This document shows, piece after piece, positions 1 through 9,156 of a DNA stretch of 43,747 bases. Numbering within the stretch: the stretch's first letter is position 1; each line of letters opens with the position of its first letter. The DNA lies in contig JBFKQZ010000001.1 of the NCBI GenBank assembly GCA_041627475.1, positions 1-43,747 on the forward strand, in the 5' to 3' direction. A program made the position numbers and the translations under genes. A model generated the notes under the pieces. The model was not told where the DNA came from. It saw only the letters and a program-made list of their open reading frames with translations, and ran no database searches. The DNA comes from Nitriliruptoraceae bacterium (GTDB taxonomy: Bacteria; Actinomycetota; Nitriliruptoria; Nitriliruptorales; Nitriliruptoraceae).

Positions 1-1
1 A

Positions 2-124
2 CCGCGTGGCGTCGTCGTCGTCGACGAGATCCCGCGGGGCAACAACCGCAAGGTCGACCGCGAGGCAGCGACCGCGATCGCCGTCGCCGCTGCCGAGCGC
101 GGCGACATGGTGACCGCGTCGTGA
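2..124 (+). CDS. 3' end of an adenylate-forming (AMP-dependent synthetase/ligase-like) gene; 5' end outside window
   Basis: Frame open from the window edge to TGA 122-124. The tail PRGVVVVDEIPRGNNRKVDREAATAIAVAAAERGDMVTAS resembles the '..lPrt.sGKvdR..l' C-terminus of acyl/aryl-CoA ligases. The stop overlaps the next GTG start (GTGA). Confidence 0.4.
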   Translation, partial: PRGVVVVDEIPRGNNRKVDREAATAIAVAAAERGDMVTAS

Positions 125-825
125 GGGTCGCCCGCAGACGTCGTGTCCTACCGGTCGACGACGAGACCGTCGACGCGGTCACGGTGGTCGTCCACCGTCC
201 GACGCGTCCCCGTGGGCCCGGCGTCCTGCTAACCCACGGAGCCGGCAAGGACCTCGACGCGCCCCACCTCGTCGCGCTGGCCGACGCGGTCGCCGCGACG
301 GGCGTGCTCGTGGTGCGGGCGAACCAGCCGTGGAAGCAGGCCGGTCGCGCCGTGCCGCCACGACCACCGCGGGCCCTGCCGGGCTACGCCGCCGTGGCGG
401 CCGCCGTGCGCACGACGTTCGGGCCGCGGCGGGGCTGGGTCGTCGGCGGCCACTCCAACGGGGCCCGGCTGACGACGCACGCGCTGGCCGACCCGGACCT
501 CGGCGTGCAGGCCGTCGGGGGACTGCTCGTGTCGTTCCCGCTGCACGCTCCCGGCAAGCCGATCGGGGACCGCATCGACCACTGGGCGGCCGTGACCCAC
601 CCCCTGCTGTTCGTCCAGGGCACGCACGACCCCTTCGGTGGCGTCGACGAGCTCGAGCAGGAGCTGCACCGGCTGGCCGGCGACGCGACGGTCCTCCCCG
701 TCGCCGGTGGCGACCACGGCCTCGCGGTCCCGTCGACCCGGTCCGACGACGGACGACGGCACGAGGGCGCCGACGTCGTCCCGCGCCTGGCCGATGACCT
801 CGCTGCGTGGATTCCCGAACACTGA
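121..825 (+). CDS. small single-domain alpha/beta hydrolase (dienelactone-hydrolase / KANL3-Tex30-like)
   Basis: 234-aa ORF with strong G/C third-position bias. GHSNG nucleophile elbow, then GTHDPFG and GGDHG as acid and His candidates. GTG start overlaps the upstream stop. Confidence 0.8.
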   Translation: MRVARRRRVLPVDDETVDAVTVVVHRPTRPRGPGVLLTHGAGKDLDAPHLVALADAVAATGVLVVRANQPWKQAGRAVPPRPPRALPGYAAVAAAVRTTFGPRRGWVVGGHSNGARLTTHALADPDLGVQAVGGLLVSFPLHAPGKPIGDRIDHWAAVTHPLLFVQGTHDPFGGVDELEQELHRLAGDATVLPVAGGDHGLAVPSTRSDDGRRHEGADVVPRLADDLAAWIPEH

Positions 826-891
826 CGGTGCGTCGGTGTAAAGTTCTATAACGCTGGATCCAACCAGTCTCACTAGTGCGGAGGTGTCATC

Positions 892-1293
892 GTGATGCAG
901 GAGTTCAAGGAGTTCATCAACCGGGGGAGCGTGCTCGACCTCGCTGTCGCCGTCGTGCTCGGCGCGGCGTTCGCGCCGGTCGTCGGTGCGGTCGTCGACC
1001 GCGTCCTCATGCCGCTGATCGGCATGCTCGTCGGGCAGCCCAACTTCGACACGCTCGGCACGTTCGCGTGTGGGGCGGAGGGCGAGGGGTTGATCAACGG
1101 CTGTGCCGGCTCCGTCGGTGCCGTGATCACGGCGCTCATCAACTTCGTGCTCGTTGGCTTCGCGGTCTTCCTGGTCATCAAGGCCTACAACCGCATGCAG
1201 CGGGACGAGCCGGTCGAGGAGCCCGAGCCCGAGGCGGACCCCGAGGACATCGTGCTGCTGCGCGAGATCCGCGACTCGCTCGCCAACCGCTGA
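892..1293 (+). CDS. mscL: large-conductance mechanosensitive channel MscL
   Basis: N-terminus MQEFKEFINRGSVLDLAVAVVLGAAF is the canonical MscL S1/TM1. A second TM (ITALINFVLVGFAVFLVI) and an acidic C-terminal helix follow. GGAGG at 879-883 precedes GTG 892 / ATG 895. Confidence 0.93.
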   Translation: MMQEFKEFINRGSVLDLAVAVVLGAAFAPVVGAVVDRVLMPLIGMLVGQPNFDTLGTFACGAEGEGLINGCAGSVGAVITALINFVLVGFAVFLVIKAYNRMQRDEPVEEPEPEADPEDIVLLREIRDSLANR

Positions 1294-1324
1294 CACGCCA
1301 ACCGCTGCCACCGACGCACGACCG

Positions 1325-1354
1325 CGACGACCCGCCGAGCTCGGCGGGTCGTCG
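1325..1354. terminator. perfect 30-nt palindrome (about 13-bp stem) between convergent mscL and malic enzyme genes; likely bidirectional terminator
   Basis: CGACGACCCGCCGAG/CTCGGCGGGTCGTCG is an exact reverse complement. It lies 32 nt after the mscL stop and 5 nt before the minus-strand stop at 1359-1361. No clear U-tract. Confidence 0.6.
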
Positions 1355-1358
1355 GCGT

Positions 1359-3029
1359 TCAGATCGGGACGCCCGGGTACTCCTCCGGTGGGTCCTCGTC
1401 GCCGGGCGTGCTCCCGGCCGGCGGCCCGGTCACCGGGACCGGCGCGGGCTCGGCTTCCGGCGGCTCGTCCGGGCTGTCCTCGGACACGGGCGTGATGCCC
1501 TTCGCCGCGAGCCGCTGCGCGCGGATCTGCTCGGCCGCCGCGTCCCCGTAGCGGCGGGCGACCGCGCGCTCCACCGCCCGGTGCGCGGCGTCGTGCGCCT
1601 GGGCACGCGTCTCGTCCTCGAGCGACCCGCGGCTGCCCGGCCGCACGAGGCCGAGCTCGCGGGCCTTCTCCGCCACGGTCTCTGCGACGCGGGGTGCGAC
1701 CGAGCGGTCGAACGGTGAGGGGATGATGTAGTCGGCGGCGAGCTCGTCGTCGCCGACGCAGTCGGCGATGGCCTCGGCGGCGGCGACCTTCATCTCGTCG
1801 TTGATCGTGGTCGCGGCGGCGTCGAGGAGGCCGCGGAAGACCCCCGGGAACGCGAGCACGTTGTTGATCTGGTTGGGGAAGTCGCTGCGCCCCGTCGCCA
1901 TGATGCGGACGTGCGGGCCCGCGACCTCGGGGTGGATCTCGGGCGTGGGGTTCGCCATCGCGAACACGACCCGGTCCTCGCTCATGGTCTGCACGAGCTC
2001 GAGCGGCAGGGTGTTCGGGCCCGAGACGCCGATGAAGACGTCCGCACCGGCCAGCGCCTCCGTCTTGCCACCACGAACGTCCCGCGGGTTGGTCTGCTTG
2101 GCCACGCGGCGGCGGATGGGGTCGGTGCCCCTGCGCTTCGCCTCGAGGATCCCGTCGACGTCGACGCCGATGATGTCCTCGACGCCGGCGGACTGCAGGA
2201 GGCCGATGATCGCGACGCCGGCTGCGCCGACGCCCTGCACGACGACCCGCAGGGACGACAGGTCGCGCTCGAGCAGCTTCGCCGCGTTGAGGAGGGCCGC
2301 GAGCACCACGATGGCCGTGCCGTGCTGGTCGTCGTGGAAGACGGGGATGTCGAGCCGCTGTCGCAGCTTGCCCTCGATCTCGAAGCAGCGCGGTGCGGCG
2401 ATGTCCTCGAGGTTGATGCCGCTGAACCCCTGTGCGATGCGGGCCACCGTGTCGACGAAGGTGTCGGGGTCCTTGTCGTCGACGAGGATCGGATAGGCGT
2501 CCACGCCACCGAAGGACTTCAGCAGCATGCACTTGCCCTCCATCACGGGCAGCGACGCCAGCGGGCCGATGTCGCCCAGACCCAGCACGGCCGAGCCGTC
2601 GGTCACGACGGCGACGGAGTTGCCCCGGATCGTGTGGCGGTAGGCGGCGACCGGGTCCTCGTCGATGAGCCGGCAGATCTTGGCGACGCCGGGGGTGTAG
2701 ACGATGGCGAGGTCGTTGGCGTCCTCGACGGCGATCTTGTTCTCGACCGAGATCTTGCCGCCCTCGTGCGCCGCGATCACGTCGTCCTCGAGCGCGAGGA
2801 CCTCGACGCCGTCGATCGCGTGGATCGCTGCGGCGACCTCCTCGCCGTGTGCCTCGTCGCGGCAGTCGATCGCCAGGTCGCGGAACACGACGTGGCGCTG
2901 TCCCCCGGTGCGCTCCGACGACGCGACGTCGCCGCCTGCGTCCTCGATCGCGCCGGCGACGCGGGCCAGCATCCCGGGCAGGTTCTCCAGCGCGACGCTG
3001 ACCGTCACACGGTGGGGGAGGAGGGCCAC
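1359..3029 (-). CDS. NAD(P)-dependent malic enzyme with N-terminal ACT domain and low-complexity C-terminal tail
   Basis: Core motifs [54 protein letters not shown] and NNVLAFPG. The N-terminal approx 75 aa ([26 protein letters not shown]...) look like an ACT fold. The ORF is open up to 3143. I chose GTG 3029 because GAGG lies 5 nt upstream; GTG 3008 is an alternative. Confidence 0.9.
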   Translation of the reverse strand: MALLPHRVTVSVALENLPGMLARVAGAIEDAGGDVASSERTGGQRHVVFRDLAIDCRDEAHGEEVAAAIHAIDGVEVLALEDDVIAAHEGGKISVENKIAVEDANDLAIVYTPGVAKICRLIDEDPVAAYRHTIRGNSVAVVTDGSAVLGLGDIGPLASLPVMEGKCMLLKSFGGVDAYPILVDDKDPDTFVDTVARIAQGFSGINLEDIAAPRCFEIEGKLRQRLDIPVFHDDQHGTAIVVLAALLNAAKLLERDLSSLRVVVQGVGAAGVAIIGLLQSAGVEDIIGVDVDGILEAKRRGTDPIRRRVAKQTNPRDVRGGKTEALAGADVFIGVSGPNTLPLELVQTMSEDRVVFAMANPTPEIHPEVAGPHVRIMATGRSDFPNQINNVLAFPGVFRGLLDAAATTINDEMKVAAAEAIADCVGDDELAADYIIPSPFDRSVAPRVAETVAEKARELGLVRPGSRGSLEDETRAQAHDAAHRAVERAVARRYGDAAAEQIRAQRLAAKGITPVSEDSPDEPPEAEPAPVPVTGPPAGSTPGDEDPPEEYPGVPI

Positions 3030-3163
3030 GGCGACCTCGGGAGTTGGGCGGGGGGCGAGGGTAGACCGCGTGGACGCGGAACCCGTCCGGCGTCGGGGTG
3101 GGGAACGGCGCGGTCGCGCCGTAGCCTCGCGACCGGGCAGCACAACCTCCTGAGGACTCGGCC

Positions 3164-5170
3164 GTGGCAGACACCCAGACCAGTGACGTGACGCAGGCGT
3201 CGATCAACACGATCCGCACCCTGGCGATGGACGCGGTGCAAGCGGCGAACTCGGGCCATCCGGGGATGCCGATGGGCTGTGCGCCCATGGCGTACGTGCT
3301 GTACCGCGAGGCGATGCGCCACGACCCGGCCGCGCCCGGCTGGTGGGCGCGTGACCGGTTCGTGCTGTCGGCGGGCCACGGCTCGATGCTGCTCTACGCC
3401 GCGCTCCACCTCGCCGGCTACGAGCGCCCGACGATGGACGACATCAGGCAGTTCCGCCAGTGGGGCTCGGTCACGGCCGGACACCCCGAGTCCTACGAGC
3501 TCGCCGGGGTCGAGACCACCACCGGCCCGCTCGGCCAGGGGCTCGCGACGGGTGTCGGCATGGCGCTCGCCGCCGAGAAGCTGTCGTCCGAGTTCGACCC
3601 CGAGGGCGTGGGCCTGTTCCCGCAGCGGGTGTACGGCATCGTCTCGGACGGTGACCTCATGGAGGGCGTCGCCGCCGAGGCGGCGTCCCTGGCGGGCCAC
3701 CTCCGGCTCGGGCGGCTCGTCTACCTCTACGACGACAACAAGATCACCATCGACGGCGGCACCGACATCGCGTTCAGCGAGGACGTGCTCGGGCGCTTCG
3801 ACGCCTACGGCTGGCACACCGACCGGGTCGCCGACGTCACCGACCTGGACGCGCTGCGCGCCGCCATCGCCGCTGCCGAGGCCGACGACCGGCCGAGCCT
3901 GATCGCGGTCCGGACCGTCATCGGGCACGGCTCGCCGTCCAAGGCAGGGACCTCGTCGAGCCACGGCTCGCCGCTGGGCGACGAGGAGATCGCCCGCACC
4001 AAGGAGGCGCTCGGCTGGCCGTACAGCGAGCCGTTCACCGTGCCGGACGAGGTCCGCGAGCACATGGACGCCCGCGAGGTCGGGGCGGCCGCCCACGAGG
4101 CCTGGGGCGCGCTCTACGCCACGTGGAAGGGCGACCACCCCGACCGTGCCGCCGAGCTCGAGCGACGGATGGCCGGCGAGCTCCCGGACGGCTGGCAGGA
4201 CGCACTGCCGGACGCCACCGAGGGCAAGGCCACACGCGCCAACTCCGGCGAGGTCATCAACGCCCTCGTGGACGTCCTGCCCGAGCTGGTCGGTGGTTCG
4301 GCGGACCTCGCCGGCTCCAACAACACCGACGTGGAGGGCGCCGGCGACTTCTCGGCCGACGACCGCACCGGGCGCAACCTGCGCTTCGGCGTGCGCGAGC
4401 ACGCCATGGGAGCGATCGGCAACGGGATGGCGCTGCACGGTGGCTTCATCCCGTACGTCGCGACGTTCCTCATCTTCACCGACTACGCCCGCGCGGCGAT
4501 CCGCCTCGCCGCGCTGATGGGCCAGCGCGTCGTCTGGGTGGCCACCCACGACTCGATCGGCCTCGGCGAGGACGGCCCGACGCACCAGCCCGTCGAGCAC
4601 GTCGCGTCGCTGCGTGCGATGCCCAACTGCACCGTGCTGCGTCCGGCCGACGCCGACGAGGTCGTGGGGGCCTGGGCCGCTGCGCTGCAGCACGACGGGC
4701 CGACCATTCTCGCGCTCACGCGTCAGGGACTGCCGGCGCTCGGTGAAAAGCCGGGTGGCGCGGTCGCCGCGGTCGCCCGTGGCGGCTACGTCCTGCGGGA
4801 CGCCACCAACGACGACGGCCAGCCCGACGTGATCCTGATCGGGACGGGCTCCGAGGTGCAGCTGGCGGTCGAGGCCGCCGAGACGCTGGCCGCGGACGGC
4901 ATCGCCGCTCGGGTCGTCTCGATGCCGAGCTGGGAGCTGTTCGCCGAGCAGGACGCTGCCTACCGCAACGAGGTCCTGCCGCTGGAGGTCCCCAACCGCG
5001 TCTCGGTCGAGGCCGGAACGACCTTCGGCTGGGAGCGCCACGTGGGCATCGACGGCGAGGCGGTCGGCCTTGACCGCTTCGGTGCGTCCGCGCCGGCCGA
5101 GGTGCTCTTCGAGGAGTTCGGGATCACAGCCGATGCCGTCGTCGACGCAGCCCGTCGCGTCCTGGGCTGA
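3164..5170 (+). CDS. tkt: transketolase
   Basis: 668 aa. Motifs [45 protein letters not shown] start. Confidence 0.97.
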   Translation: MADTQTSDVTQASINTIRTLAMDAVQAANSGHPGMPMGCAPMAYVLYREAMRHDPAAPGWWARDRFVLSAGHGSMLLYAALHLAGYERPTMDDIRQFRQWGSVTAGHPESYELAGVETTTGPLGQGLATGVGMALAAEKLSSEFDPEGVGLFPQRVYGIVSDGDLMEGVAAEAASLAGHLRLGRLVYLYDDNKITIDGGTDIAFSEDVLGRFDAYGWHTDRVADVTDLDALRAAIAAAEADDRPSLIAVRTVIGHGSPSKAGTSSSHGSPLGDEEIARTKEALGWPYSEPFTVPDEVREHMDAREVGAAAHEAWGALYATWKGDHPDRAAELERRMAGELPDGWQDALPDATEGKATRANSGEVINALVDVLPELVGGSADLAGSNNTDVEGAGDFSADDRTGRNLRFGVREHAMGAIGNGMALHGGFIPYVATFLIFTDYARAAIRLAALMGQRVVWVATHDSIGLGEDGPTHQPVEHVASLRAMPNCTVLRPADADEVVGAWAAALQHDGPTILALTRQGLPALGEKPGGAVAAVARGGYVLRDATNDDGQPDVILIGTGSEVQLAVEAAETLAADGIAARVVSMPSWELFAEQDAAYRNEVLPLEVPNRVSVEAGTTFGWERHVGIDGEAVGLDRFGASAPAEVLFEEFGITADAVVDAARRVLG

Positions 5171-5191
5171 CCCCACCGCCGCGTTCCGTGC

Positions 5192-5221
5192 GTGGCTCGC
5201 CCGACATATCGTGCGAGCCAC
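5192..5221. terminator. 9-bp stem / 12-nt loop hairpin between tkt and the GH1 gene (terminator or attenuator candidate)
   Basis: GTGGCTCGC (5192-5200) pairs with GCGAGCCAC (5213-5221). It starts 22 nt after the tkt stop and ends 9 nt before the GGAGG of the next gene. Confidence 0.35.
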
Positions 5222-5241
5222 TCACACGATGGAGGTAGTGA

Positions 5242-6639
5242 TTGGCCGCACCGCCGACGGAGCCCACGCGTGAGGTGAGGCCGGGCGACCTGCCGGACGG
5301 GTTCGTGCTCGGCACGGCCACCTCGAGCTACCAGATCGAGGGTGCGGTGACCGCCGACGGACGCGGGCGGTCGATCTGGGACGCGCTCGCGTGGCGTCCC
5401 GGTGCGATCGCCGACGGCAGCAGTGGCGACCCGGCGTGCGACCACTACCGCCGCTGGGAGGAGGACCTGGACCTCCTCGCGGAGCTGGGCGTGGACAGCT
5501 ACCGGTTCTCCGTGGCGTGGCCGCGCATCCAGCCCAACGGTCGCGGGAAGCCGCTGCAGGCCGGGCTCGACTTCTACGACCGGCTCGTGGACGGGCTGCT
5601 CGAGCGCGGCATCGCCCCGAACGTCACGCTCTACCACTGGGACCTGCCGGCCGCGCTCGAGGACGACCTCGGGGGGTGGCGGCACCGAGACACGGCCGGG
5701 CGGTTCGCGGACTACGCCCTTCACGTGGCGACGCGGCTCGCCGACCGCGTGCCGACGTGGGCGACGCTGAACGAGCCGTGGTGCTCGGCCTTCCTCGGCT
5801 ACGAGCGTGGCATCCACGCGCCGGGGGAGACCGACGAGGCCGGTGCCGTGCGGGCCGCCCACAACCTGCTGGTCGGCCACGGCCTCGCGGTCCAGGCCCT
5901 GCGCAGCGTCGGTGCCACCGCGGTGGGGATCGTGCTGAACCTCCACCGGGTCGACCCGGCCACCGACCGCGAGGGTGACCGCGACGCCGCCGAACGCGTC
6001 GACGGGACGCAGAATCGGTGGTGGCTCGGAGCGCTGGCGGGTGACTTCCCCGAGGACGTGGTCGCCAACAGCATCGCGCCGTTCGTCGAGCTCGAGACGC
6101 TGTCGCGCGACGGCGACGCCGAGCTGTGCGCCGAACCGCTCGACTGGCTCGGCGTCAACAGCTACGGCCCGCAGGTCGTCGCGACCGGTGACGACGCGAC
6201 GCACCGCCCGGCCGGGCCGGGGCTGGACGGCATCGTCCACGTGCCCGCACACGCTGACGAGCCCACCAACATGCTCGGGTGGCGGATCGACGCCGAGCGG
6301 GCGGCTGCCGTCCTGCACCAGGCCCACGAGTTCCTGCCCGACCTGCCGGTCACGGTGACCGAGAACGGCATCCCGCTGCCCGACGAGGTCGGTGCGGATG
6401 GTGCGGTGCACGACCCGGCGCGCGTGGCCTACCTCACCGATCACCTCGCCGCGATGCTGGACACGCGCGCCGAGGGCGTGCCGCTGGCGGGCTACCACGC
6501 CTGGTCGCTGCTGGACAACTTCGAGTGGGCCCACGGCTACCCGCCGCGCTTCGGGATCGTCCACGTGGACTTCGCGACGCAGGAGCGCACGCCGAAGGAC
6601 AGCTACCGGTGGCTGCAGGAGCTGGCACGCGGCCGGTGA
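5242..6639 (+). CDS. GH1 family beta-glucosidase
   Basis: Motifs [24 protein letters not shown], acid/base TLNEPW, nucleophile [17 protein letters not shown] start at 5242, 6 nt after GGAGG (5231-5235). Confidence 0.95.
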   Translation: MAAPPTEPTREVRPGDLPDGFVLGTATSSYQIEGAVTADGRGRSIWDALAWRPGAIADGSSGDPACDHYRRWEEDLDLLAELGVDSYRFSVAWPRIQPNGRGKPLQAGLDFYDRLVDGLLERGIAPNVTLYHWDLPAALEDDLGGWRHRDTAGRFADYALHVATRLADRVPTWATLNEPWCSAFLGYERGIHAPGETDEAGAVRAAHNLLVGHGLAVQALRSVGATAVGIVLNLHRVDPATDREGDRDAAERVDGTQNRWWLGALAGDFPEDVVANSIAPFVELETLSRDGDAELCAEPLDWLGVNSYGPQVVATGDDATHRPAGPGLDGIVHVPAHADEPTNMLGWRIDAERAAAVLHQAHEFLPDLPVTVTENGIPLPDEVGADGAVHDPARVAYLTDHLAAMLDTRAEGVPLAGYHAWSLLDNFEWAHGYPPRFGIVHVDFATQERTPKDSYRWLQELARGR

Positions 6640-6650
6640 TGCAGCGATCA

Positions 6651-6670
6651 CGAATTGTCCGTACAATTCG
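6651..6670 (+). promoter_or_regulatory. AT-rich palindrome CGAATTGTCCGTACAATTCG containing a TACAAT -10-like hexamer; candidate operator/promoter of the downstream operon
   Basis: 9 of 10 dyad positions pair. It lies 31 bp upstream of GTG 6701. Near-identical copy in reverse complement at 35671-35690. Confidence 0.5.
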
Positions 6671-6700
6671 CCGCGTCACCGACTCCCGCTGAGGACCCCC

Positions 6701-7111
6701 GTGCCGCGCTCCCTCACCACCGCACTCGTCGCCGTCGCACTGGCCGCCGTGCTCGCCGCCTGTTCCGACAGCGGGACGGCCACCACCGGGGTCCGGGTCG
6801 ACGACGCCGAGGCCGTCGCCGCGCTGCTCGAGACCGAGCCCGACCGCGTCGTCATCGACGTCCGCACGCCGGAGGAGTTCGCCGCAGGGCACCTCGAGGG
6901 CGCCGTCCTCGTGGACTTCAACGCGCCGGACTTCGCGGCACGGATCGCCGAGTTCGACCCGGAGGGCGACTACGTCATCTACTGCCGCTCCGGCAACCGC
7001 TCGGCCGGTGCGCGCGACGTGATGACCGAGCAGGGCTTCACCGACGTCGTCGACGTCGAGGGCGGGATCCTCGCGTGGGACCGGGCCGGCCTGCCGATCG
7101 TGACCGGCTGA
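6701..7111 (+). CDS. rhodanese-domain lipoprotein (single-domain sulfurtransferase)
   Basis: GTG 6701 follows GAGGA (6691-6695). Signal peptide with LAAC lipobox. Rhodanese core VIDVRTPEEFAAGHLEGA ... active-site loop CRSGNRS ... GGILAW. The tracked ORF (6392..) overlaps the GH1 gene and is too long. Confidence 0.85.
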   Translation: MPRSLTTALVAVALAAVLAACSDSGTATTGVRVDDAEAVAALLETEPDRVVIDVRTPEEFAAGHLEGAVLVDFNAPDFAARIAEFDPEGDYVIYCRSGNRSAGARDVMTEQGFTDVVDVEGGILAWDRAGLPIVTG

Positions 7112-7172
7112 CGCACCTGCGCCCCGCGGCGCACGGCGACGATTAGGTTGCCGCTCACGGGAGGAGCGGTGC

Positions 7173-9152
7173 GTGCGGCGAGTCGTGTGGGCGCTGGCGG
7201 CGGTCGCCGCGGTGCTGCTGCTGGCCGGGTGCAGCGAGGGCGAGGAGCCCGACGGCCGCGTCGGCATCGGCATGCAGGACAACTTCTTCACCCGGGACGT
7301 CACGCGCATCGAGGTCGGCGACACCGTCCGCTGGAGCCTGACCGGCGACACCGTGCACAACGCCGTCGCGGTCGACGGGTCGTGGTCGACCGGCGAGGCG
7401 AACGGCCAGGACTTCCTCGCCGTCCAGGAGCCGGGCGCCCGCATCGACATGGTCTTCGACGAGCCGGGTGTGTACGAGTACTACTGCACGCTGCACGGCA
7501 CGGCCGAAGGAGAGGGGATGGCCGCCGTGCTGGTCGTCGGCGACGTCGAGTACTCGGCTGCCGGTGACGACGCGCCTGTCGAGCCGGTCACCGAGTGGAC
7601 CGGCACCACCCGTCGTGTGCCCGAGGACCACCCGACGATCCAGAACGCGGTCGACGCAGCCGAGCCGGGCGACCTCGTGCTCGTCGGTCCGGCACCGCAG
7701 GACGACGCACACCGGGCCGCCGACGGCACCTACGTCTGGTTCGAGCAGGTCAACGTCTCCACGCCCTACATCACGATCCGCGGGACCGATCGCAACGACG
7801 TGGTCATCGACGGCCAGTTCGAGCGTCCCAACGCGATCAACGTCGCGGGCGCCGACGGCGTCGCCGTCGAGAACCTGACCGTGCGCAACGCGACGATCAA
7901 CGGGGTGTTCTGGACCGGGCTGCGCGGCTACCGCGGGTCGCACCTGACGGCCTACAACAACGGCGTCTACGGCATCTACGCCTTCGACGCGACCGACGGG
8001 CTGTTCGAGGACAGCTACGCCAGCGGTTCGCCCGACGCCGGGTTCTACATCGGGCAGTGCGACCCCTGCGAGGCCGTGATCCGCAACGTCGAGGCCGAGA
8101 ACAACGGGCTCGGCTACTCCGGCACCAACGCGAGCGGCGTCCACATCTCCGACTCGTGGTGGCACGACAACGCCGCCGGGATCGTCCCCAACTCGCTGGA
8201 CTCGGAGCTGCTGCCGCCGGCCACCGACGTGGTGGTCGCGGGCAACCTCGTCGAGGACAACTCGTCGACGACCGCGCCGGCGCTGTCGATCCAGGACTCG
8301 GCCCGCGGGGTCGGCGTCGTCCTGGGCGGTGTGCGGGACGCCGTCGTGGTGAACAACCGCATCCGCGGCCACACGCTCGCCGGGGTCGCGATCGTGCCGC
8401 TGCCCGACGAGAACATCTGGTTCTCCGGCGGCAACGAGGTGCGTGGCAACGTGATCGACGGGTCGGGGGTCGGCGACGTGCTGCTGACCGGCCCCGGCCT
8501 CGGTGGGGACTGCTTCGCTGACAACGACCTCGAGCGCACCGTCCCGGCCGGCCTCGAGCTGGCCCAGGCGTGCGACGGCGACGTCCGCCTGCCGTGGGGC
8601 AGCAACACCTCGGGCCTGTTCTTCCTGCTGGGTCGCTTCGCCCAGACCGCGCAGCTGGACGGCTTCCCGATCAACGACTGGCAGTCCCAGCCGGCGCCGC
8701 CGATGCAGACCTCCATGGCGCCCGACGCGCCCGTCCGTCCCGCCGTCGACGTGTTCGCCGACGTCGTGCGCGACCCGACCACCCTCGCCGTGCCCGCAGC
8801 CGCGGGCGAGCCCGACCAGCCACGGGAGCTCACCATGTCCGGCATGCCGATCGCCGCTGGGTTCTGGCCCGGCCTGTTCAGCCTCTACGGCTACTACCTG
8901 CCCTTCGTGCTGCTGGCCGCCTGGGTCACGCTGGCGCTCTGGGACATCGTCAGACGGGAGGACCTGGAGGGCGGCGGCGCACTGGGGTGGATGGCCGCAG
9001 TGCTCGTCGTCCCGTTCGTCGGTGCCGTCGCCTACCTCTTCGCCGGCGGCTCGCAGATCCCGCTGTCCCAACGGCTGATGATCGTGGTGGGCGGCTTCCT
9101 CGCGTTCGTGGTGGTCGTCGGTGGCGCCGCCGTGGCGGGCGGGGTTGTCTGA
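7173..9152 (+). CDS. lipoprotein fusion: cupredoxin (type-1 Cu) domain + right-handed parallel beta-helix (NosD-like) + C-terminal PLDc_N-like membrane anchor
   Basis: LAGC lipobox (C20). Candidate Cu ligands are H62, C105, H108 and M116 (YYCTLHGTAEGEGM). Repeated beta-helix rungs (ITIRG.., VAVENLTVRNA.., NGVYGIYA.., IRNVEAENN.., NLVEDN.., VVNNRIRG..). Tail WDIVRRE...WMAAVLVVPFVGAVAYLFAGG plus a further TM helix. GGGAGGAG lies 6 nt before the GTG. Confidence 0.8.
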   Translation: MRRVVWALAAVAAVLLLAGCSEGEEPDGRVGIGMQDNFFTRDVTRIEVGDTVRWSLTGDTVHNAVAVDGSWSTGEANGQDFLAVQEPGARIDMVFDEPGVYEYYCTLHGTAEGEGMAAVLVVGDVEYSAAGDDAPVEPVTEWTGTTRRVPEDHPTIQNAVDAAEPGDLVLVGPAPQDDAHRAADGTYVWFEQVNVSTPYITIRGTDRNDVVIDGQFERPNAINVAGADGVAVENLTVRNATINGVFWTGLRGYRGSHLTAYNNGVYGIYAFDATDGLFEDSYASGSPDAGFYIGQCDPCEAVIRNVEAENNGLGYSGTNASGVHISDSWWHDNAAGIVPNSLDSELLPPATDVVVAGNLVEDNSSTTAPALSIQDSARGVGVVLGGVRDAVVVNNRIRGHTLAGVAIVPLPDENIWFSGGNEVRGNVIDGSGVGDVLLTGPGLGGDCFADNDLERTVPAGLELAQACDGDVRLPWGSNTSGLFFLLGRFAQTAQLDGFPINDWQSQPAPPMQTSMAPDAPVRPAVDVFADVVRDPTTLAVPAAAGEPDQPRELTMSGMPIAAGFWPGLFSLYGYYLPFVLLAAWVTLALWDIVRREDLEGGGALGWMAAVLVVPFVGAVAYLFAGGSQIPLSQRLMIVVGGFLAFVVVVGGAAVAGGVV

Positions 9153-9156
9153 CCCC

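Noticed and set aside
229-3288. 1019-aa minus-strand ORF, and similar very long ORFs at 3005..5221(-), 4960..6666(-), 7155..9194(-), 13745..15319(-), 17753..18940(-), 30522..32147(-), 33661..35367(-), 37421..39310(-) and 42284..43615(-)
   Set aside because: Their translations are dominated by Arg/Pro/Gly/Ala/Asp runs typical of off-frame or antisense reading of GC-rich genes. Each lies antisense to, or out of frame with, a gene that has unmistakable family motifs. None has a recognisable domain.
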